From an uncultured candidatus Porisulfidus sp. (GTDB lineage Bacteria > Pseudomonadota > Gammaproteobacteria > Poriferisulfidales > Oxydemutatoraceae), in the NCBI GenBank assembly GCA_965215125.1, contig OZ244052.1:2112001-2176000 (forward strand): a DNA stretch of 64,000 bases, in the 5' to 3' direction. The translations under genes and the position numbers were made by a program. The notes beneath the pieces were generated by a model. The model worked only from the letters and a program-made list of their open reading frames with translations. It did not search any database and was not told the origin of the DNA. This document shows positions 15,001 through 27,000 of this stretch, piece by piece (within the stretch, counting starts at the first letter, position 1; each line of letters begins with the position of its first letter).

Positions 15001-18000
15001 ACCAGTGCCGGGGGTGCCGCTAGAACGACGATAGAACTGCAACTCGCCGACCGAGAAAAGAATAGTACCGATAATGTCTATAACACATGGGATACCGAAC
15101 AATGGCATTTCGGCAATGCCGATCAATATCCGACGGTACTGTATCACGGTACCGGTTTGTGCACCCAGCCGACTGAGGCACAACTACAAAGCTGCGATAC
15201 GCTGGTTTCAGCAGGGTTGTCGCAAGCCGACCGTGCGCTCGTCTGCCGTGACCGTTTGCTTAGAAATAGAGCAGACCCACCGTATTGCGGTGCATTGGTG
15301 CCGTATCAGAACCGCCGTGGTTTGATCGGACTGGAATTACCCACCGATACCCGTTTGGTGCCGGAATTCAGCCCCGAAGTGGAATCCTACAACTTGATGA
15401 CTAGCGGCACAATCACCGTATTCCATACCACACCGACTGCCTATTACCATACCGACACCGTAACCTTTAAGGTCGGCAACACCGAGCAGATCGTCGCTGA
15501 TAACACCCGCACCGAGGAGATAACCGTGAACAGAGCCGATGTCGATGCCGTGACCTTGTCGGTGCGCTCCGCCGCAGACACAACCCGCACATACACAATC
15601 AATTTAAGGTCTCCCGACTATCAAGACGATATAGACATACGGCTATCGGCATTGGATAACTTGAAGCTGTTTCCGGACTTTAATAAAAATACTGCCGACT
15701 ATCATTTGATCGCATATTCCGACACCGACCGAGTGCGCTTGACTACGACCGCGACCGATCCTTTGGGTTTCGTACCGAGTATTGAGATTACTGCCGATAA
15801 CGGTTTATCGCCGGTAGTACTGGAAGGTGTCGGCGTCGCAGAGGTGGTATTGAACCCCGACGCTGTGACCGAGATCACGGTCGTTGTAAGTGGTCAGCAG
15901 CGTTACCGTTTTGAATATCGCATCGTCGTAGAACGCCTCCCCTTCAGGAGCCGTTTGGACGGTAGCAACCTTATAGACAAAGACGGCAACGGTTTGATAG
16001 AGATCGACTATTTGGAACAGTTGGATGCGATGCGATACGGTTTGGACGGTCGCGGATATAGTTATGCGGTAGAGACAACCACGACCCTGATTAAGATAAA
16101 CAGCGGTTGTCCTGCCGGGGGTTGTCGCGGCTATGAATTAACCAAAGATTTAAGTTTTCTTGATGACGCAAGCTATATAGATGCACAGCGTGCGATGCCG
16201 TTGTGGACCGAAGGCACAGGTTGGCAGCCGATAGGCGATTTTAGCAATCCGTTCACCGCCGAGTTCATCGCCGACGGATACACGATATCGGGTCTGAGAA
16301 TCAATCGGCGCAATACCGACAATATCGGTCTATTCGGAGTAGTCTCAAATGCGAAGATTAGGGGTATCGGTGTATTGAATGCGGAACTTAGAGGAGCGAG
16401 TAATGTCGGTATTCTGGCCGGTAGTAGCCGAGAAAGTAGTAATATCATCAATAGTTATGCAACCGGTACGGTGCGCGCCGTGAATAACGGTGGTGGTTTG
16501 ATCGGGGTTTATCAAGGCAACATCGTTCACAGCCATGCCAATGTCTCGGTTGAAGTCAATGCCACCGCCGGTGGTTTGGTCGGTGAATTATTGCCCGGGA
16601 ATATCCGTAAGAGTCATGTGTCCGGTGCAGTATATTCGTTTTCCGGTATTGCCGGCGGTTTGGTGGGTGAGGTTGAAAACGCCACGATTTCGGATAGTTA
16701 TGCGACTGCTACGATCAACGCGAGTAGAAGTGGCGGCTTGGTGGGTTCGGTGACCTCGCACAGTCCGGAGGCGGTAGGTGTACGGATTAACAACAGCTAC
16801 GCGATCGGGGTAAATCGCTCCGCTCAAAGTGCCGGTTTGGTTCTCAATGTGTTAAATGTGCCGATCGAAGTCAACTACAGCTATTGGGATGTAGATACCA
16901 GCGGAGTTCGCAACGGTCTCGGTGGCACGAGCAGAACCACCGTTGAACTGCAATCTACGACAACCGAGATCTACAATAACTGGCGTTCCGAGATATGGGA
17001 TTTCGGCAATAATATGCAGTACCCGAGGCTCAAATACACGACTGCCACCGATACACTCGGTAGTCCTCCGATATGCCGTTCCGCTTCGGATATATCGTCG
17101 CGGTTACCGGTGTGCGATGAATTGCTACCCGATCAGTATATCGGTTTGACCGATTTGGTATTCTCGAGCGAGGTTTTGCAGCTGATCCCGGCGTTTAACT
17201 CGAACATATACGACTACACACTGGTGCTAAAAGCCGACGAGACCGGATTCCACACTACGCCGACTTATGTCGGGACTGTGTATCGCCTATCGGTGGATAA
17301 TAATGATTTGGGCAACCTTGCCAGCGGCACGGCATCGTCGCGTATCCCGGTTACTGCTTCGGGCAGTACGAGGATCGAGCTCGGAAAAGGTGGTGTAGTC
17401 TACACCTTCACCGCGTTGCGTCATCCGTATTTGAGGATAAACGATATGGATGTAGACGACGACGGTTTGATAGAAATACGCAACCGCACGGAGTTGGATG
17501 CGATGCGCTATCAACCGGATGGTAGCGGCTACAGATCACCTACGGTAAACGAAAAAATTAGCGTAGGATGTCCGCCTGTTACCGGTTGTGTCGGGTACGA
17601 ACTGGCGGCGAGCATCGACCTTTCCGGTGCCGATTGGGATCCGGTAGGAAGAATTAACCCTGCAACACTAGATTGTAGCGATGGGAACAGTCGATGCTTT
17701 GCGGCGATCTTTGACGGCAATCGGGCATTGGGCTACGAGATTTCCGGTTTAAGCATTGCCACCCCGAACAGAGATAATGTCGGGCTATTCGCACATTTGA
17801 GTGCCGATGCCGAGATCCTAAACCTCACTTTGTCCGATGTGTCGGTCGCCGGTTGGGGCGGTGTCGGTGCTTTGGCGGGTTATAACGCCGGTATCGTTCG
17901 CAATGTACAGGTCGCCGGCGAGGTTGACGGAGAAAGCGATGTCGGTGGCGTTATCGGTTATAACGTCGGTCGTTTATCGAGTGTTCGTGCCGACCCGATT

Positions 18001-21000
18001 AGAGTTGTCGGTAATAATATCGAAGGCGGCTACGGCGAGCTGATCGGCGGTTTGGTCGGTCGCAGTTTAGGTGGTTCTATCGTGGACAGTGGTGCTACGG
18101 GCGAAGTGATAGGCAGGGCTTTTGTCGGCGGTTTAGTCGGTGAGAGCGACGGTTTGATTGAGGGGAGTTTTGCCGATGCTGTGGTGATCGACACCGGTGC
18201 GAGCGATGGCGAAAGCTACGCCATTGGTGGCTTGGTCGGCTATAACACCGATAAGATATACAATAGTTATGCGGGTGGGTCGGTGTCGGGCAGTAGCAGT
18301 GTCGGAGGCTTGGTCGGAATCAATTATCAAAGTTTCAACAACGAAGGGCGCATAGTTAACAGCTATGCGATCGGGTCGGTATTGGGCATCAATGCGATCG
18401 GCGGCTTGGTCGGTCGCAACGAGCATAACGGCAAAGTATCGGCAAGCTATGCGCTGGGTGAAGTATCGGGCGATGTCCGCGTCGGTGGCTTGGTCGGCTT
18501 GAATTTCGGTACACTGGTGAATACGTATGCAACCGGTGCCACCAACTCAAAACAGAAAGTCGGTGGCTTGGTCGGCGACAATTTGAATACAAGCGACAGG
18601 AGCATCGTCAATAGTTATGCTATCGGACGAGTGAGCGATGTAAGCGAGTCCGGCGGCTTGGTCGGTTTTAATCTTCGTTACTCGGATATACGTAGCATTA
18701 GACATAGCTACTGGAATCTAGAGACCGCCGGCGTGATAGATAGCCGCCTCGGCATCGGTCAAACGACGGTAGCACTGCTAACACCGACCGCTGCGACCGG
18801 CATCTATGCGAATTGGGATACAAACCTATGGGATTTCGGCACCTCCGAACACTATCCACAACTGCGGTATGGACGAGGAGACGATAGCGACAACCCGGCG
18901 TGCGGCGGTGGCGGGCAGCCGACTTGCGGTAGCGTACGGAGCTACGGATTGAGCGACCTACAAGTTCTCGGAAGCGTGCTGTTCTCGCCGCGATTTACAA
19001 CCCCTAGACTGCGCTATCGTATCGCTGCGTATGTTGAGTTGTCCGGTTCGCTGCGTCTGATACCACACGCAACGGATCCTGACTCGATGATTACGATCGC
19101 TTATAACGGAAACGAGATAAATGTTGCCGACGGTGCCGTCAGCGATCCGATCGTACTCAACCCCGGCGTTGACGATGCGATTATCGTGTCGGTTAGAAAT
19201 ACCGGAGGTACCATTGAATATATTTTAGAGATAGATTATTCCGGCTTTGATAGCGATAGAATTTTAGCCGATTCCGACGGCGACGGTCTGATAGAAATTA
19301 CGACATTGGATGACCTGTATGCGGTACGCTATGGTCTAGACGGCAGTGCATACATCCATATACTACCCGATGGTGAGTTATTGCCTATCGCTGAAGGATG
19401 TCCGACCACTCCGACCGTCGGTTGCAAAGGCTACGAACTGACGCGAGACTTGGACTTTCGCGATGCCGCAAGCTATCGCTCGGGTGTGGTCAATACCAAG
19501 TGGGCGGATAATTGGAATCCTATAGGAGACGACGATAATCAATTCAATGCCGTGTTCGATGGTAATGGATATTACCTTCGCAATTTGAGTTTGCGCGGTA
19601 CTAGAACTAAAGACGCAATCGGATTGTTCCACACCTTAGGTCGGAATGCTGAAGTTAAGAATCTACGCTTGCGAGGCGTTAATATCTACGATGTAATCGG
19701 GCGTGCCTTTAATAGCAGGAGAGCGGAGAAGCAAGGGAGTTTGGCGGGCGAGAACCGTGGTCGCATATACGATGTCGGTGTAAGTGATATCACCGCACTG
19801 GTAGGCTCCAGCTATAATCGGCGTGCGCTTAAGCAAAGTCGCTTCGGTGGTCTGGTCGGTGTCAATAGAGGTGGTGAGATTAGTCATAGCTTTGCACAGG
19901 TCTATATCTATTCGTTTTCTCCTCACAGTGGTATTTTTGGGGACATCGTAGGTGGCTTGGTCGGCAGGAATGATAGAGGTGCGAAGATTAAAAATAGCTA
20001 TGCGACCGGCGCGATAAGCGGGCATTGTCGGCTCGGTGGCTTGGTCGGGGAGCATGTCTCGGCAAACCGCAACACCGCAGAGAATATCAGCACGATCGAG
20101 AACAGCTATGCAAGGGTCAACACGAATAAGGTATTGAATGTAAAATGCATTGATGAAGTTTTCAATGTTGAAGGATTTGTCCAAGGGTTCGGTGGTTTGG
20201 TCGGCTTTATGGATCAAGCCGATATCGTCAACAGCTATGCGGCAGCGCGCCAGTCGGGAGGTGTTTTAGGTTTGATCGGGCGGGTGCGTGGCACCGCCTC
20301 CGCTGCAAACAGCTATTGGGATAATATCCTTAACGATAAACAATCTGCTTCTACAGGTGTCGGTGAAACCACCGCATTCGGTGGTCAAACCACCGCCGTG
20401 CTACAAGGGACGACGACGACAATCGGTATTTATGCAAGTTGGAACAGTGACGATTGGGATTTCGGCACCGACGAGCAATATCCGACACTGAAGGCTGCCG
20501 ACGGTAGTATCGCAATGCAAATACTGGATGATTCGTTGGTGCGTAATGTAGAAGTGAGAAATGCCGTAATAGCCAAAATAAACGATATAACCAGAGATTT
20601 TAATCATAGTAGAAATAGTAACAGATACGCGATTTATGTAGACAGTACTCGATTACCGTTAGCGATTACATTCATCACCACACCGACCGTTCCCGGTTTG
20701 GAGACTACACTTTATTGTGGCGATGTGCGATGTCCGCTTGTCGGCATCGGTGACACGCTGATGTTGGGTCATTCGGATATACAAGAAATCACACTGGCGG
20801 CCGGAGCGGGCAATCGGGTTATGAGATATTATTTTGATATAGTCCGCGAAGATCTAACATTGGATAATGTTACTACGATCAACCTGAAAGAAGGTGACAC
20901 CTTCACGGTCAGCGGGGACTACGCCGGCAATTCGGATATAAATTGGTCGCAAATCGCCGGCCCGACTATAGGCATTGCCGATGCAAATAGCTTGAACCTT

Positions 21001-24000
21001 AAATTGATACCGCAAGTCAATCTGATCGCTAATGATTCCGAACACAGCGATGTTCGGTTTAGGTTGGCAGTCTCGGTTGACGATAAAAACGGCAACCCTC
21101 AAGTTTATCTCGGCAGAGAGATATCGGCGCGTATCAACAAAGTGAATAACGGACCGATAACGGGAGATATTACACTGGCACTGAATAACGACAAAATTAC
21201 CGTAACCGAAAACCTGAGCGATATTGACGGTAGCCTTACTAATGCAGTGAGACAATTCCAACGACGTTCTATAGGCGGCAACTGGGCTGATACAAATTTA
21301 ACCGGGAGTGGTCTGGAGTATACGGCACCCCGCGAAGCCATAGACTATCAATATCGTTTAATCGGTACCTATATAGACGGGCAAGGTTACCGAGACCCTG
21401 TCGTATCCAATACGATTATCGTTCCTGCGATATCTATTTCTCTCCTCTCGGATACCGACAATGATTCGGTTGCAAATGACGACGACATAGACGACGACAA
21501 CGACGGTTTGATAGAGATTCGGTATTTGGAAGATCTAAATGCCATCCGCTATCAGTTGGACGGCAGCGGCTATAGGGCGAGTGCGAGTGCCGATCTGAAC
21601 ACTCGCGGTTGCCCGAACACCGGATGCTTCGGCTACGAGTTGACTAGGAATCTCAATTTCACCGCTGCGGGTGCCTATCGCTCGGGGGTGGTGAATGGCG
21701 CGTGGACGGTAAGCGACGGCCAATTCACTACTACCGCCGAGGGTTGGCAACCTATAGGTGGCGCGTTCAATGCGACATTCAACGGCAATGGTTATTTTAT
21801 TGCCCGCATGTCTATAAGCCGTAGCAGTGTCGGCACTAGATCGAATGTCGGTTTGTTTTCCGAGATTGGTGCAAACGGCAAGATTGAAAACTTAGTTATT
21901 GATTTTCCTGCTATCAAAGGTTTGGCGGGGGTTAAAAATGTCGGCAGTATCACCGGGTTGTTGCGGCGCGGCGGTGTGATCCGAAATAGTGATGTGTACG
22001 GTACTAGAGATGCCGGTTCATCGTTGCGTGTAATACGCACCGATCGAGGTTCGGTAGGCGGCTTGGTTGGTGTCAACGAAGGTTATATACTCAACAGTGG
22101 CGCACGAATTAATGTGAGTGTACAGGACTCCGACAGTACTATCTCGAATAACGGTAATGTGACCGTAGGCGGCTTGGTCGGTAGGAATCGCAACGGCGGG
22201 AGGATCCACAATAGCTTTTATGCAAGGGGCGAGATAGTCGGGCATTGCATCGCCGGTGGTTTAGTCGGCTCTCAGGAGACCGCCGGGGGTAGTGGTGATG
22301 CAATCAGTGAGATCAAAAATAGCTATGTGTTTCACGATAGCCGCGTGTTAATGAGGAATGCTTCATGTACGACACGATATCTCGGTGGTTTGGTCGGTAG
22401 ACACCTTAACGGAAAGTCAATCATTGCCGATAGCTATGCCGGTGGTAGAGCTTATGCGCTGTCATTAACGCCCGGAGGAGGATCTCAATGTAATGGACAA
22501 GGGAGTTTTGGTAGGATAGCCAACGTTCAAGCACAAACCGATATCCGTATAGCCGGCTTGCTAAACTATACCCCCGGAACAGATAGAGTACCCACGAATA
22601 GCTATTGGAGGCGCGAGCCTTACGCATGTGTCCAATCAGTACCTGTTTTCGGTGCTTTCGTTCCTATTGATACGCTTGCCGTGACGCAAGCAGATATCGG
22701 TAATAGAAGATCAGAGAATAATTTAAGGAATCCTACAGCCCCCTGCCTTTCCTCGAGTTGCACGACTTATGAAGATTGGAATGCCGATGACTGGGATTTC
22801 GGCACCGATGCCCAGTACGCACTGCTCAGATATACCGAAGGCACGAACAGCGCAGACCCCGCCTGCGACTTTAACGATCGCACACCGTTGCCGAGGTGTG
22901 GTGCGTTTTTGTCCGGGCAGCCGAACAGGAATTTGGTGTCTCCACGCTTACCTACACTTTCGGTAATCCCGCCGCAGGCGGTGATCGGGTATACGCTAAA
23001 CGGGGTTAGTTCGGTACTGAATACGCTAAACACCCTAACATTGAACGAAGGGGACACGCTGAGCTTAGATGCCGGAAACAGCTTTTCCTCGGACACTGCG
23101 GCATTGAATTATAGATGGAAACAAACGAGCGGTCCCGAACTATTATCGGGAACGAATGCGAAATCGATGATTCGTTTCAATGTACGCAATGATTTGTTGC
23201 CTATGGCTACGGATCGCGGGCGAGCGATTATCAGATTGGAAGTCTTAAAGAGAGATAATCCCGGTTTATCGGCGTTTGAGTATATAACGATAAACATAAT
23301 AAAAACCAACCGTATCGGCAGTGGCTCGGTCTACTGGGTGGATACCTCTCTTATTGCACCCACCGAAATTATTGATGCCGACGGCACTCCCATTACCGAT
23401 ATCGGATATCAATGGCAACGCAGGATGAGCGGTAGTTTGGTTGATATTGCCGAAGAAACCGAAGCAATTTATAGAGTACCCGACAATGCGGTGAACGGCG
23501 AATATCGGTTGAAGCTCAGCTATACCGACGGGCAAGGTTATGCCGACACTATATTCATTTCTGCACCAACGTATTCACCCACCAGGACGGTGGATACCGA
23601 TGCAGACGGTTTGATAGACATCTTCTATATCGAGCAGTTGAACGCGATCCGTTATCAGCTCGGCGGAACCTCTTATAAAGCGAGTATGAATGCCACGCCG
23701 AATACTAAAGGCTGTCCGAGCGGTAGCTGTAAGGGCTACGAATTGCTTAGAGACCTGGATTTTGACGAACCCGACAGTTATAGCAATACTGCAAGCAATG
23801 TTGTGGAACGGTGGAACGATTGGGATCCGATAGGGACTGTCGTAAACAGGCATCAAGGTTTTTGCTCGGGATCCAATCAATGTTTCACGGGTATTTTCGA
23901 AGGCAACGAATATACGATTTCCAATATAAGAATACGAGATGGCGCATTTAGTACTGGTGTAGGCTTTTTTGCCGCGGTAAGCGGAACTGCCGAGATCAGG

Positions 24001-27000
24001 CGAGTACGCATGGCAAAGGTTGATGTACTCGGTGGTTTTGCAGTCGGTACATTGGTCGGAGGTTTTGCCGGTGGTAAAATTATCGACAGCCACGTACTGA
24101 GCGGTCTTGTTAGAGCTAATCGTGAGGACGGAGGGTGTTTGGTAGGCGAGGTACGCGGGACGAATGTAGAGATCAGCAATAGTTCTGCGCGCTGTGACCT
24201 AATCGGTTCTGTTAGGTTAGGTGGCTTAGTCGGTATGGGAAATCCCACAATCAGCAATAGTTTTGCGACCGGTACTATGAAACTTGAATTTAATAACGAG
24301 CGCGGTGAAGAGATTGGCTACGGCGGATTGATCGGTGTTTTAACGCAATCCGGGAGCATTGAAAATAGTTCTTCTACGATGAGTATAACAACCGAAGCAG
24401 CAAGGCAGAATTCTTCGGGATTCGAACATGGGCTCGGTGGCTTGGCCGGTATCACTAAAACCAACACATCGATTAAAAATAGTTATGCAACCGGTGATAT
24501 GACCGCACGTCGACCTAATTTCAATAATATCAGAGTCGGTGGTTTGGTCGGCATCTCGGTAAGCGATATTAGCGGTAGTTATGCGACGGGTAATGTGAAC
24601 CGATTTGGAAATGATGTAATTAATATCATGGGTGGTTTGGTAGGTGAGAACAAAGGAGCGATTAGCGATAGCTATGCAACCGGAAATGTGCGCGGGAACG
24701 ATAAGATCGGCGGTTTGGTCGGCGTGAACGAAGGCACCGTCAATAATAGTTATGCCATCGGCGATGTTACGGGAGGACTAAGTATCGGTGGTTTGGCCGG
24801 CGAAATGAGCGGGAATATCTCTAATAGTCATGCGACCGGAAAAATATCTATAAATGCCGGTAATAACATCACACTAAGGGCAGGTGGCTTAATCGGAGAT
24901 ATCAGGACTGGTACTGTTAGTAATAGCTATGCATCGGGCATTTTGAGTACCTCAGCCTCGAATGGGGCTGGTTTGGGTGGCTTGGTCGGCTATAATAACG
25001 ATCCCGGTACCATCAATAACAGCTATGCAGCGGTTTCATTTCGTGCGGCCGGAGCAAATAGAGGTGGTTTAGTCGGTAGTAATGTGAGCGGAAATGGAAT
25101 TAGCAACAGCTATTCCATCTCCGAAGGTTTAAGCGACATACGCGGTAGAGGGCTCGTAAACTTTAATATCGGGAGATCACAACGAAGTTATTGGGATATT
25201 GACCGTAGCGGTCAATTTTCCGATGGTAGTGGCGGTACACTCGGCTTTAGTTCCGAAATCTTAAAATTGATGTCGGTACCGGGTGTAAATAGGCACCCGT
25301 ATATCAACTGGAGTACCGAGCATTGGGATTCCGGCACCACCGAACAATACCCTGCAATCAGATATCACGATAGCACTTGTAGCACCAACACGCCGTCTGC
25401 GAATTGTAGAAATATACTACCGCGGCAACGCTTAGGCTTACGAGATTTACGGTTCACGCAAATTGGCGGAAGGAGGCAGTTGCAAATTTCTCCTTCCTTC
25501 AACAATGCGGTAATCAAGAACGATTTCGATCGGGAGGCTATCGAGAACTATACCGTATTAGTAGACAGCAAAACTTCCGGAATTGAAATTTCCGCAACTG
25601 CGTCCGATCCCGCCGGCATGATTACGATAAACGGTTCGTCGATGTCGGTGGGTTCGGCGAACTATGTTTTGGTCCCCGATTTTCCCGATGCAATGACCCT
25701 AAACATATCGGTATCGCAACCCTACGAGATAACCGGCAAAGAAAATCTGGATGTGGAATATCATTTGACTCTCGGTACTTTCCCCGAGATAAATACTATC
25801 ACTCGCAACGCTGCGGAGAATGAACACGCGCAATCGTTAAGTGATTCGGTGCCGATAAGAGAAGGCCATTTCATAACCTTGACCGGCAGATTTATAGACC
25901 TGGACGGCGACGATTTACGCTATGAATGGACGGTCGATGAAACGCAAGTATCGCTTTTAGACCGCGCTGCGCTCAACGGAGTCGTGGCCGGCGGTTCGGG
26001 CAACGCCGCACTTTCGTTCTATCTGCGCGAAGATTTCATCGCCGCCGATCGATCCTCCGAGACGGTGCGTGCATCGCTGACAGTGAGCGATTCCGACGGA
26101 TCAACTGTGGTTAGGGAACAATCATTCGTCGTCGTCAAGTACGATAACGGTACGATAGACGGCATTAGCACCCCGACGCGGATAGGCTTAATTTATACCG
26201 CACCGGCACTCGATCGCGTGCAGTTGGCGGAGGACCCCGACGGTGCCGGCAACCCGAATGACATTCGCTACCGATGGCAGCAGCAATTGGATGGTAGCTG
26301 GTCCGATGTCGTCAATGGGAGTCTCGGAAGCTATACTATCGGTGGTGCGATTGCCGATTATTACAGAGTAGTACTGAACTACAGCGACGGACAAGGTTAC
26401 CGCAAGGATATCGTGTCCGCGCCGGTGCCGGCATCGCCCGAGTTTGTACGGGAAGTGATACCTACTTCCGAAGGCGGCAGCCTTGAGGTATTTCTGGACG
26501 CGGCCGGTTTAACACCCGAATTTCAAAGAACACGAGAGGAATACGATGTACCCTCCGACACCGATAGCGTTGATATCGTGGTGATTTCGCGTAGCGATGC
26601 GGTCTATGTCAACAATATGCGTATTCAAGGAAGGGTAACAACGGCAGATTTAGATTATGGCGATAATAAGATTATTGTTGAGTTGCGAGGTGAGGATAGT
26701 AGCACCCGAAGCTATACGATTTACCGAGCGTACGATGTTTCGCTACATCGCTGGGGTGTTGCATGGCAAGGGGTTTCCCCTCAAACTTTAGATTTTCTCG
26801 GCACCGATCTAGAACCGGATCCGCCGGTACGAATTTCCAATGATGTAGATTCGATCACGGTGACCGCAAGAGTGAACGAGTTGATAGATATAACCATTCG
26901 CTCGGCAGGGAGTACGGTCGGTTCTATCACGACCTCAACTCAAGCGGATGAACTGGTCGCACAAGCGAAGATTAGCGATTTAGCCTTAGGCGAGCATAGT

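Noticed and set aside
17900-18700. Regularly spaced GGTGGCTTGGTCGG repeats as a CRISPR array
   Set aside because: The repeats are short, degenerate and in frame (GGLVG) with variable spacing inside a CDS; no cas genes are present.
7303-18882. RGD integrin-binding motifs at 7303-7311 and 18874-18882
   Set aside because: A few RGD tripeptides are expected by chance in a >10,000-aa protein rich in Gly, Asp and Arg, and they are not conserved across modules.
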